The notes beneath the pieces were generated by a model, which was given only the letters and a program-made list of their open reading frames with translations, was not told where the DNA came from and did no database searches. Source: Bugula neritina (Eukaryota; Animalia; Bryozoa). Taken from it: DNA of 64,000 nt. The position numbers and the translations under genes are program-made. Shown here piece after piece: positions 28,010-40,620 of the stretch (positions within the stretch are counted from its first letter, which is position 1; each line of letters opens with the position of its first letter). The stretch is from positions 24,489,504 to 24,553,503 of the forward strand of contig OZ037765.1 in NCBI GenBank assembly GCA_964035545.1, in the 5' to 3' direction.

Positions 28010-28390
28010 AACTACTATTAGCAAATACAACTAGTGCTAGTAGTAGTAAATCAAAATGTAATACTTATAGTTAATGTTATACTACTACTAGTACTAGCGT
28101 AGTACTACTACTAGTACTAGTAGTACGGCTAGCGGCTCTAGTTCTAGTTCTAAACTAAAACTCCTGCTATTGGTATTACTGTAACGGTTACATTTACTAC
28201 TACGTAAACTAATTAGAATACGTATTACTATTGGTACTATTATTTACTTTTAGCGTTGAAGTTGGTGTTACTGTTACACTTACTGAACTTCAACTTAGAG
28301 TTACTCAGTTAGAGTTAGACTTAGTCTAAGAGTAAGTGATTGAGTCTTACTGTTTGTAACAGAAAGTAATAATAATTAAAATATATACTT
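28010..28390. repeat. 3/6-bp periodic TA-rich tract in inferred Schnurri intron 1
   Basis: (TAC/TAG)n and ttagag ttagac ttagtc hexamers next to a minus-strand donor GTGAGC at 28422. Confidence 0.78.
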
Positions 28391-30213
28391 ATAGCGTTTG
28401 ATATAATTTGTTTTATGCTCACTGTCCACAAAATATATAATAACCAATCGAAGCGTAGATTGCTGAAGCTACATAAGCAATGGCCATAGGTTAGCGCTAC
28501 TCCATTACAAGGGGATCTTCCTGATTACTATTATAGGGATTTTCTCGTTTTACATAGGTGTTTCTCCAACATACATTACCCGTGATGTCAGTATATTCTT
28601 GCGCGTTTCAATATACCGAAGCTATTTAAATGTTAGAGATTTATGGTATTTGTGCAACTTTAATGTAAAAGTATTAAAAGTTTTAATACTAAAATAAGAA
28701 TGTTATAAACTAAGTAGATAATTATTTAAAATGTACCATAAGAATTAAGATTTTGTCGCGTAGAACTAGCTTACTCCTTCTGTAATTTCGATAATAAAGT
28801 TGGAGCATCCCATAAGAAACTAGACAGGTGATAGGCTCATTTCAATACTAGCTTGTGCGATTTGGTATCGCCCATTAATTGGCTTACTTTTTATTTCGGC
28901 ACTAAGCTAACCTGCGCAAAAAGCCATAAACCCAAATTACAAGTCAATAGTCCAATTTTTGACATTCGTAACCATGCAGTAGCCGTTTTAAAACAATAAT
29001 ATAATCTTCCTTATTATTGGCCTAAAATACATTAGGTTTATTTCACAAAAATTTCTACTGCTAGTGAACAATCTATTAATAAACAATTGTATGGTCTTAA
29101 CTCTAATTAGGATGATCTTAACTCTTTATATATTATGCTTGTGCATTGAATTTGTTATTTTAGAGTAAATAGTGAAAGCAATTTGTTGGGTGAGAAATAA
29201 GTTAGCCGTTGTGGATTCAGGGCAATTGATTATCCATTAAATCCTAAGCTTTGTTCAAAAAGCATGAACTGTCCTTGGAGGGTTTAATTTGGCATGAGTC
29301 TCACATGAGGAAAAAAGCTCTTGGAAAAATTAGATACCTTCACAATGACAATGGCAATATTTCGTTACAAGAAACATATTGTGCAAACTAAGTCAAAATT
29401 CAAATAGCACTTTGGGTTGAAACTGAAAAAAATTATTTTCACGAGAATCTCATTTTCTAGTTGAATCTTTAATAAGTTTTTTTGTGTTGACTTAAATAGA
29501 GGATCAGGGTAGTTGCATTATAAATACACACTAAGTCTTAGGCTCTAGGAATAGGAAGCAAATCCATAAACTAATGTGATCATTAGTGATGCTGCATGTA
29601 GAGGCCACTGATATACTAAGAACTGTGTATTTCGAAAACTTGTTGCAGTTTATTTTTTCAGACTTCAGGATTCTATTGTAAAATTATAGATAACATGATA
29701 CTTGCTTGCACTAATGATTTTATAATCAATTAAGTTGTAATAATGGCAACAACATATAAATTTGCCAAAGCTGTTCAATTTATGAATAATTTTAGGCAAC
29801 CCTAATTAATACCACTTGTATGCACTTCAACAAAAGTTGAAGAAATAACAAACGTTATCTTTATACTTTTTTTACACAAATTTAGTCATTATGAGAATGG
29901 CATTATGAGGTTTAAAAAGTATAAAGCAATACATTAGGATATAAAACAACATGCACATATATGAGTTTTTGGCACTTGACATTTTTTTAAATAATTTTTT
30001 TTTACAGTAGTTAATTTAAATATTATATAGTATGCCTGCTTTATCAGATTTAGAAAGACCAAAATTAAAGCTCCTCATTTTTAACAGAACCGCAAGAGCT
30101 TTTATTCTACATGAACTTTGGGTAAATCCTGTGTTTTTGTGATAACCTGTATAATATGTTCTTTTTAAACAATGTAATAACTGTTTTGGTAACAACTAGA
30201 TATTTTATATATT

Positions 30214-33200
30214 GGGTCATTCCACGTCAACTCAACCGATGGCCCACGCCTTTGCGTCTCAGATTTTGTTCATATTTACACCAAATGGACCTACACATGT
30301 CCTGAGTACTATTTTTAAATATTTCTAGCCTGACACAAAAACTTTTTGAGAAATGACTATTTCCATGAACAAAGGTTGGGAAAAATTTTGAGGAAAATTT
30401 GCGATTTTTACTTTTAGACCAATTTGTAAACGTCCATATCTCCATTATTTTTCTAGACTGAGCCTTAAAATTTGGTGTGTGATTTGATAACACCTATCAA
30501 TTTGCACTAGTAGTAACACATACTGCAGAATACTTTGTGTGCATATATGCTAAGCCATTGAATATTGGCAAATTTTTATGAATTTTGAAAAAATTCGAAT
30601 ATTTGCCACATCACAAAAGGCGTCAATTTTTATTTTACTTCCATAAATTTTTATCCATAAATAGTTGATTATAGTGACTTTATACTCCTTAATTTGTGTA
30701 ATTTTGAAAATAATATTTTCCGAGATATATACACCCAAAGTGAAGAAAATGTGAAAATTCGCCCAACTTCACAAGGATGTAACCCGATGTTTGAATATAT
30801 TAATATTTTTTAAACAAGCATTTTCTGTAACGTTATTTAGTGTATTTTGTAGATTCATAAATTTAAACGTCCTTATATTGTCCAAACTTAAAGTAAATCG
30901 CACGGAAAAATGGTATGTGTACGAAAATCGGCAAAATGCAATTTTTCAATATAATATGTTGGGATCATACATTTTTTATCATTCATATTGTTCAAAATAT
31001 CAAGTAGATACATATATGTTTCCTAGATATGTCAAATCTACTGAAGATTACAATAAAATCTTATTTGTGTGGAATAGCGTAAGAAAAATTCTGCCGATAT
31101 GCATTATATGATATTCTCATTAAGTTTCAGGTAGCAATTGTTATTTCTGTGAGTGAATGGTGTGAAACAGCTGAGATTTTGCTGGAATCAAGTACATTAA
31201 GTAGCTGAAGCAAGGGTGGCTTAAAAAACATGCCCAAATATAACACCATGGCCCTGAACACAATAGGCCTAATTAATTGAATGACGGTGGTGTTTAATAC
31301 ATGCTGGAAACAATTGTGGCTTTTAAAACAGATGTGCCTAAATATAACAGAATAGCCCTAACCTCGCCCTAATTTGGTCAGTACTGGTTAAAGAATCAAG
31401 TAATTGGCATCATGCCATGTCTAATGTTCATCCTGAAAAAATTTACAACTCTCTTTTTCATAACTGGAAACAATGGTCTTCCAACTTTAGTATCTGGTTC
31501 GAATTCCTTTTGCAGTCTTCTGGCTTGCTGTGCAAGGTAATTGTTGGGTTTTTACATAAGCTGGAAAAGCTTTTCCCTAATACATGATAGCTTTTCACAT
31601 ATCATCTCAGCTATATTATGCTTTTCCATTTTCATTATAGCTAATACACAAAAGCTAACTTTTTTACGACTATAAAGACCTAGCAGTTTTTCTCTTATCC
31701 AGACTTGCATTTCACACTTGTACTGGCAACTTGTAACTCATGAGATAACCTTTTTTACGGTGCTATTTCTTCAGTCTGCTACTATAATAATTATTTATTT
31801 CTCTAACTCAAAACACAACGATAATTGTTTACTCCAAATTCTATAGATGTCTTATCAATGGTCCAGCTTTCTGGTGCCAATGTCAATAACTGGACCTTCT
31901 TTTGTCCCAAAGAAACTTTCACCTTATTCAAGGAACATATTAATATGTTCAAATCTGTATGATTAATAGGCTTTATACAGGCATTTGTTGCTTCTGGGTG
32001 GAGTTCCTCACCCTCTATACTTGCAACTGTGGCAACCTTCTTAGCAATGACCTCCTCCACTTGATTCTGTTTTTTCCCCATAGTTCACTTTACTGGAAGA
32101 GCTAATTTTTGGGGCTCTCCTGGTATAATTCTACTCTTTTGAACTATAGAAACTGAGAGAAACTGTGCAATATTAATTGCTTTAAAAAAAGCTGAGCTCT
32201 CAGAATACTCTCAGGAAACTAAAAGTGATGCATTTCTTGAAGTTGAGAAGGAAGCACAGACACTAAACACTGGAATGACAGAATTGGGAGCTTCTCTCGT
32301 GAAAGTTGCAAAATTAGCCCATCCAGTAAAGTGAGCTATAGGAAAAGAAAACGAAAGAAAGTGCAAGAGGTCATTACTGAAAAGGTAGAAACAGTCTTGG
32401 GTATAGATGAAGAAGAACTCCACCCAGAAGCAACAAATGTCTGTATGAAGCGTAGTAATCATAAAGATTTGAAAAAATTAGTATGATCCTCGAATAAGGA
32501 CACGGAAGTTTTCTTGTGACTAGAGAGGGTCTAGTTATTGACATTAGCACGAAAAGCTCTAGACCATCGATAGAACAGACATAGAATTTGGAGCAAACAA
32601 TTACCTGGCCCAGCAAGCCAGAAAACTGCAAAGGAAATTCTGTTTGAACCAGATGGTAAAGTTGAAAAAACCATTCTCTCCACATTCAAAAGAAAAAGTT
32701 GTAGATTTTTTCAGGATGATGAATATTATTCTTAGCCTGGGCAAATTACTAACCTGATTAGGGTGAACTTAGGACCATTCTGCCATATTTAGACACGGTC
32801 TGTTTCAAAAGCCACAATTGTTTCCAGCATGTATTAACCCCCACATTGACCTAATTAGGCCTATTGTGTTATATTTGGGCATGTTTTTTAAGCCACCCTT
32901 GCTTCAGCTACTTAATGTACTTGATTCCAGCAAAATCTCAGCTGTTTCACACCATTCACTCACAGAAATAACAATTGCTACCTGAAACTTAATGGGAATA
33001 TCATATAATGCATATCGGCAGAATTTTTCTTACGCTATTACACACAAATAAGATTTTATTGTAATCTTCAGTAGATTTGACATATCTAGGAAACATATAT
33101 GTATCTACTTGATATTTTGAACAATATGAATGATAAAAAATGTATGATCCCAACATATTATATTGAAAAATTGCATTTTGCCGATTTTCGTACACATACC

Positions 33201-33907
33201 ATTTTTCCGTGCGATTTACTTTAAGTTTGGACAATATAAGGACGTTTAAATTTATGAATCTACAAAATACACTAAATAACGTTACAGAAAATGCTTGTTT
33301 AAAAAATATTAATATATTCAAACATCGGGTTACATCCTTGTGAAGTTGGGCGAATTTTCACATTTTCTTCACTTTGGGTGTATATATCTCGGAAAATATT
33401 ATTTTCAAAATTACACAAATTAAGGAGTATAAAGTCACTATAATCAACTATTTATGGATAAAAATTTATAGAAGTAAAATAAAAATTGACGCCTTTTGTG
33501 ATGTGGCAAATATTCGAATTTTTTCAAAATTCATAAAAATTTGCCAATATTCAATGGCTTAGCATATATGCACACAAAGTATTCTGCAGTATGTGTTACT
33601 ACTAGTGCAAATTGATAGGTGTTATCAAATCACGCACCAAATTTTAAGGCTCAGTCTAGAAAAATAATGGAGATATGGACGTTTACAAATTGGTCTAAAA
33701 GTAAAAATCGCAAATTTTCCTCAAAATTTTTCCCAACCTTTGTTCATGGAAATAGTCATTTCTCAAAAAGTTTTTGTGTCAGGCCAGAAATATTCAAGAA
33801 TAGTACTCAGGACATGTGTAGGTCCATTTGGTGTAAATATGAACAAAATCTGAGACGCAAAGGCGTGGGACTTTCTGAAATTTGGTTGATTTGATGCGGA
33901 ATGACCC
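30214..33907. mobile_element. Non-autonomous fold-back DNA transposon with ~1.03-kb TIRs (Sola2-like)
   Basis: Termini GGGTCATTCC...GGAATGACCC; 4-bp TSD TATT (30210-30213 / 33908-33911); near-identical arms 30214-31246 and 32866-33907; internal transposase-like remnants (KKVQLLTLAPESWTIDKTSIEFGV). GRG..CYC ends, 4-bp TSD and long TIRs fit Sola2. Confidence 0.85.
31546..31821. mobile_element. 276-bp insertion nested in the left arm of the fold-back element
   Basis: Absent from the mirror arm; flanked by a TAATTGTT duplication (31538-31545 / 31822-31829) that is single-copy in the other arm. Confidence 0.65.
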
Positions 33908-34459
33908 TATTGTCAATTTCATAAAATAAATTTGAAGATTTATATTCAGTTTTTAATTCAATATAATATTTACTCCAGTAACAATGGAGTGTTGGCAACA
34001 ATAACATCTATAACAACAAATTAGTAGTGTTCAGCATCATGCAAAGTCGAGAGAATATATTCCTTATCAACAATAGCGCTGGTTTAAGTTCAGCATAGAA
34101 ATTTTTCTCAATAATATCAACTTAATATCTCAGGTTATTGCACAGCTATATAACCTGAGCTGCAACATGGCTAAAGTTTTACAAACAATATCTACAGCTA
34201 TAGCTATTGATAAGTACATTATATTTTTAAGAAAAATATTTGTTCAGATATCACAAAATAAGTTTTGAAGCTTTTGGCTATACATTGTTTATTACTCATG
34301 ACTTGAACATAGTTATAAAGTAGTTTTTAGAATAAGCACTTGACAAAAGGCAACAAAAAACATGCTTATAAATAACAAGATAAGCTGAATTGGGGAAGTG
34401 GAGGCCGGTTCACAAAGAGCAGTGAGCATGAACTCCTGCAAAACTCACACCAACTAATC

Positions 34460-34707
34460 ATGCACTTACTTGCGTGTACTTACTTATATGCACTTATTTA
34501 CATCCTCTTCCTTATATGTGCTTATTTACATGTACTTTCTTATATGTGCTTATTTACATGTACTCCCTTATATATGCTTATTTACATGTACTCCCTTATC
34601 TATGCTTATTTACATACATGCTTTTCCGTTTATGTGCTTATTTACATGTACTTCCTTATAATTATGTGCTTATTTACATATACTTCTTTATATGTGCTTA
34701 TTTACAC
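34460..34707. repeat. ~28-bp minisatellite, ~8.5 copies, downstream of the FIGNL1 stop
   Basis: Unit ~TATATGTGCTTATTTACATGTACTYYCT with an invariant CTTATTTACA core. Confidence 0.92.
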
Positions 34708-34837
34708 AAGCATGAAGCTGACAACTGGTAGCAGTTTCACTATTTTTTTAATTCTGAACTATAGACAGGTCTGGAGGCAACAAAAACTCAATATGAAAGC
34801 ACCCATAAGAACAACTAAATGACCAAGACCATTTAGG

Positions 34838-37800
34838 CTAAAGATCATTAATTTCCCAACTGCCAAATTTTTGGTTCCACTGCCGATAAGCATCAAGACT
34901 AGAAGAGTCAACACTGGGACGAACTTGTTTAAGAGCTCGCTTGAAATCATCAATATTGATTGGCCGTACGTCATTAACATTGATAGTCTCAATATCTTCA
35001 AACTGAATATCTCTAACAGGTCCAAGAGCAGCTTCTTTGCAGAGATTCGACATGTCAGCTCCAGAGTATCCTACAGATACAGAGTATACTACAGATACAG
35101 AGTATACTACAGGTACATAGTATACTACAGACACAGTGTATACTACAGGTACAGAGTATACTACAGGTACAGAGTATACTACAGGTACAGAGTATCCTAC
35201 AGATACAGTGTATACTACAGGTACAGAGTATACTACAGATACAGAGTATACTACAGATACATATTATACTACAGGTACAGAGTATACTACAGGTACACAG
35301 TATACAACAGATACAGTGTATACTACAGATACAGCGTATCCTACATATACAGAGTGTACTACAGATACAGTGTATACTACAGATACAGAGTTACCTACAG
35401 ATACAGATTATTATATAAATACATCATCGAAGTTTAAAATTTCTAGCTAGAAAAACCAAAGCCTATAGGTAATAACTGGCATAAGCTAGAACTTGAAACT
35501 TTCTTTGACTTTTTTACCTGCAGTGTGCTCTTCAATATACTGCATATCCCCCTCATTAAGTGATGTAGTTTGGTGTTCTAGAAGATTCTTAACAATAGAC
35601 GACCGGGCATTGTGGCCAGGTAAAGGTATGTAGAGTCTCTTGACAAATCGACGCCGTGCAGCTTCGTCAAGCTCTTGTGGCCTACATACACACACGTTTC
35701 TGATGCTATAATATGCTACTTCGTACAATATTGTCATATCCATCATTTACAAGTCAACATACTATACATTAGGAAAAAAGGTCAGCTTGTTAGTGGTCAA
35801 TACCTGTTGGTTGCACCTATAATAAGAATTCTGTCTTCTACATCACAGCCAACACCATCCTGCAAAAGATTAAAATGTTTTTATAACAAAATTAGCTTAT
35901 AGTGATAAGCAAGTAACAATTAGGCAAATAAATTAATAAAAAAAACCTAAGAATTTATCAATAGGTTGGATAATGAATTATATTATTTAAATGCCAACAA
36001 CTAAAGGCTTCGGGATAGTCGTAATACAAAGTCGATCAAGCGAATAAAACAGCAGTTTGTCAGTTTACACCTTTTGTAAATTTGAAGCCAACCATCTGTG
36101 ATGTGGCGAGGTTATCTAATGTTTATTTATACTTTATTATAACTGCATATTTACTGTAAATATTTTGGTCTATTAAAATGGTAGAAAAAATCAAAGATTC
36201 TGAGTCTTACACTCTTAATAATTATGTATACAGTTTTATTAAAATAAAGCACAACAAAACCATGAAGTGCTGCTCACCATCTGTACTAAGAACTCTGTCT
36301 TTATACGGCGGCTTGATTCATGTTCACCATCAGACCTTTGAGTTAAAAGAGAGTCAATTTCATCTATGAATACAACTGACGGCTGCTTATATCTAGCGAC
36401 AGCAAACAGAGCTCTCACCATTTTTTCTCCATCTCCAATCTAGACGTAAAAGTCAAGTAGAGCCACTGAATGACCAAATCAGTCAGCCTCATAATAATAC
36501 TTGAATAAAATGGTTCTAAAACCAAACAAACTAGTTGCATGCAAAAAGGAAGGTAAAATCATATTATTGTGACTAACCCATTTAGATGTGAGGGATGAAG
36601 CACTGATACTGAAAAAGGTGCATTTGCTCTGACTGGCTACGCATTTTCCAATTAGAGTTTTACCAGTACCAGGAGGCCCAAAGAGCAGCAAACCTTTAGG
36701 TGGCCCTCTTAGACCATTGAATATGTCTCTGAAATAATGTCACATTAAATAAAGTCTCATAAAGTAAAAGCTAAGAAAATTCAGTTTTTTGTCAACACTT
36801 CAATTGTGAACATCTATACATACGGCCTGAGCATTGGAAGAACTATGATTTCTTTGATAGTCTTTTTAACAAACTGCAATCCAGCAATATCATCCCAGGT
36901 CAAGCCTGCATTGCTGTCCAAAATCTAGAAAAAAAGAAAAGTAGAAATTTTATGAAAACTTTCAATATGTATGTACTTGATATAATATTGCAAGCGGTAG
37001 TTAAATAAAATGTATCATATATGTAATTGTTGCAACACAAAAAGAAAGCCACAATGTCTAATGTGCTTTTAATGCCTAATATCTCTCTTTCTTTCAGTGG
37101 AATTCTGTCAACAGTGCCGGCAGTCCCTTTGAAAACAAAAGTGTCAAACTTCAAACTAATAGGCAGATAAAACAAGACAGCCTCTTTTCATTTTCTTGGA
37201 GTATGAAAAGTCAGGTCCTGCACATGATGCATAAGTTTGTAAGAAAAAACAGTAGAGATTTTGAGCTATTATGAACTCATGCATTACATAGGTGTATTGA
37301 TATTATAGTAAATATGACATGTTTTATTAGAGACACTGTAACTACAGGAGAATGAGTGGTAGCTCACCTCATTCATAATAAGTTTGACAATTTTTGGGTC
37401 TAAATATGCGAGTTCTTCAGGAATATCAGCTTCTTCTTCATTCATATTAAACTTCGAAGAGCTTCTAGCTTCACTGCTTTTATTCTCATTATACAGCATT
37501 TCTTGAACAAAAAAACATAACTTACTGATGCAATATTTACTTAGTAAGTTCCATAACTTAAACATGAACATAAACTATTCAATTCAAAAGACCTGTACCT
37601 GTTACATTATTTTCTTGAACTACTGGTGGACAAAATTTGCCAGTAAACCTCCTTGGACCCAAGTGCTTCTTATTCTGGCCATAGGAGTTCATTCCCAATG
37701 ATGAGTTCTTATTTTTGGCAGCATCAATAATCTACATGGCAAAAAATGATTAATCTAAAAAATTAAATCTAACAGCTAAATGCTCAACTAGCGACACTTG

Positions 37801-39639
37801 TGTTCCTCACCAGTTGTTCTCTGGCTGTTTTGAATGAGTCTGCTTTACAATCTACAGCTTTAGATTTGGTACCTTGAACCTCCTGTGGAAGTTGTTCTAA
37901 TGGTCTCTTATTGCTGGACATAAATGTTGCAGTCTGAGCAACAAGATTACGTGGAAACTTATCTCCACAATATTCTGGCTTTTCTAAAAAATATGTTAAG
38001 GTAAGAAATAATATGCAATGACAATGCACAACATAAATTAACTACCCAAACACATTACGACCTAACAACTTTTATCAAATGAAAATACAGAAAAACTACT
38101 ATGAATATGATGAAGCCAACTTACATATATTAGCAGCAGAACATGATAAGCGGAGTATAAAAATATGCACAATATTTATAAAAGCGAGTTTGTTGAGCTT
38201 CTATAAATCTATGGAGAATTATTTTCACAAACATTAAAACATAAGAAAACAACAAACTTTTAAATACCGGAATGGCAGTCAAATTGAGGATTTCAATGAT
38301 TCAAGGATTCGAAAAAAAATATTGTTATCTAATAGGCGTTCAACAAAACCACCAGGAGTAAAAGTAGATTAAATTCTGTCAGATCAACCTCATGTAACTG
38401 AGCATTTAAGTAGAAACAGAAGAAGGCAAATGTTTAAACATATTAGTCCAGAAATATTAGAACATTAGGATAAATAGTATAATATAGTAATGAGTGCATA
38501 AAAGATTCAGCTTTTCTCCTATATAATTCTGAAAATTAAGTGAATAACTGTAAACATTTCTCATTTACACAAGTAAAATATCCATAGGTAAACAATGAGA
38601 AAGTACAATCTGGGATAAACAATTTACGGTCAACACAAAAATTTGAATAGTTTTTACCAAAAATATACCAGGCAGGTGACACATAAATGCAACAGATAGA
38701 CAATATTTTACAAAGTTTTACTGACATATTTCTCGTACAAAAATTGTATTACCAGATTTTTATAATAAGAAGTTGTGAAGTTTCGGGATGTTTAATATAA
38801 TGTTTTGTTTCATTTATATATTCATACAACAGTTACCTCCTAAAGAGATCTCGCCAACAAATTGAGGAATCTGTACATCATCATCTAGAGTTCCAGAATC
38901 AAATGATAAGTCTAAGCTTTTAGCATAATCAGTAAAATTAAGCTGACTATCCCAACTGTCACTATCTACAGTGCAAATACTAGACGGTTTAGTCTATGTA
39001 TGGCGGGCATACACTGAGTCATTAATCAAAGTGATAAATGTGAAAAATTAATATTTTTACACTAAATTAGATACAGCATTGTTACTAACCATTTCTCTGT
39101 CCAGAAATTAGTTGCAGGACAGCTTCGGCATAGTTATTTATCCCTGCAGAAATTGACAATTACATCAACTCAACTGAAAAGGCATAGAATTTAGTTAAAA
39201 GTAAGCAACACACTTAATTAGACAGAAATAATTTTATACGCTTTCAATAAATACATCAAGAAGATAAATATACCAACCAGAGTTTGAAAGACTTGTAGTC
39301 AATAGTTCATCATATTTACACAGTAAATGGCAGTCAACACTTCTGCTAAAATTGATTTATTTTGTCAATTTTTATAACGTATAAAAAGCAGTAAAAACAA
39401 AAGCTGTTGCCTTTAATCCCAATATATTATTGTATTGTTGAAATTAATGCCACAAAAAAATCCAAACAAAACTTTGCTAAAAATAACACCTGCTGAGCAT
39501 GGAAATCATTATTGCAACAAGCAAACCTTGAACCAGAATATGTGGAGTCACTTATGAAATATCTCAAGGCTTCTGCAACTTGCTTATCTGATGAGGACGA
39601 GTCACTTCTTTGAAAGGCCAATGGCCAGTGAGCATCCAT
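34838..39639 (-). CDS. FIGNL1: Fidgetin-like protein 1 (AAA+ ATPase)
   Basis: Spliced AAA domain: [116 protein letters not shown]. Last exon 35070-34838. Confidence 0.92.
35062..35403. repeat. 18-bp minisatellite, 19 copies, spanning the last FIGNL1 3' splice site
   Basis: Unit on + CAGAGTATACTACAGRTA; on the sense (-) strand TAYCTGTAG|TATACTCTG; no indels across 342 bp. Confidence 0.97.
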
Positions 39640-40229
39640 TTTTAAATCTGAATCCTAATAAGAATATTGAGTATTACATTGCATATCAACTGCTATAATG
39701 CAATATTCATTGATTAAAAACAACAGTATCTGGCACTTGAGCAGCTCCACTTTTTGAGAACATCTGCAAAAGTTCTCTGCATAGTAATTAGAGCTATTGG
39801 GCAAAGTAGGTGCAGTAATGGAGAAATTGAGAAAAGCCTGTGTTATAAATTAGAAATGTAGCACAAGAAGTTATGTCCCCAAACCAAAATTTAATAATAA
39901 AATTAAAGAACTTAGGGTTTTTCAATTTGTTCACTACTGCTCCTAAATAGTAGATGTATTGGGCTACATGCAGAACTGGAAACATTATAGCAAAACTTGG
40001 AATAGCTGGGAAGAAAATACAACGTCGATCAGTAAGTAAAATAAAACACAAAACAAACAATTATTTGGTGAGAAGTCTTAATACTAAGAGTAATTTAAAA
40101 TTGCCAGATATTGACATTGTGACAGCTAAAAAGAGTAAATCTAAATGTAATGCAGAACGTTAAGAGTAATCACTGTAATGAATTTTTGATGGAATGATTT
40201 GGATTATATTTTCCTCATATACTTTAAAA

Positions 40230-40620
40230 GTTTATTATTATAGTCATACTTATAGCTCTTACTATAAGTATACATTAACATAACAGTATTAATAATATAA
40301 CATTTGTTTAATTTATACTAATACTTATAGCTTAAGTCATACTAAGACAAAGACTAAGAGTAAGAGCCAAGAGGCAAGAGCAATTACTAATACTAATACT
40401 AATACTAATACTAATAGTAATACTAATACTAATAGTAATAGTAATAGTAATACTAATACTATTACTATTAGTAATACTAATAGTGAAAGACTAATATTAA
40501 TACTAATAGAAATAATTATAGTTACACTAGTAGTTATATTATAACATTAGCTTTTTAAAAACTCTAAGCTAGGTATAAATAAAGCTATGGTAATTTTAAC
40601 TTAGTAACACTAACTGCACT
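40230..40620. repeat. 3/6-bp periodic TA-rich tract in inferred FIGNL1 intron 1
   Basis: (TACTAA/TAGTAA)n at 40385-40505, next to a minus-strand donor at 40633. Confidence 0.78.

Noticed and set aside
30227-33894. Mirror-image ORF pairs (88/91, 62/62, 106/106 aa)
   Set aside because: They lie in the two TIR arms, use non-ATG starts and have no recognisable domains; the duplication is explained by the inverted repeat.
34460-34822. Three overlapping hydrophobic ORFs
   Set aside because: Products of the 28-bp minisatellite.
35062-35403. CRISPR-like array
   Set aside because: Head-to-tail tandem units with no unique spacers, eukaryotic context and no cas genes.
34871-35450. ORFs with YRYRVY / TTGTEY repeats (188 aa and 104 aa, + strand)
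   Set aside because: Translations of the 18-bp minisatellite antisense to FIGNL1; no splice or promoter support.
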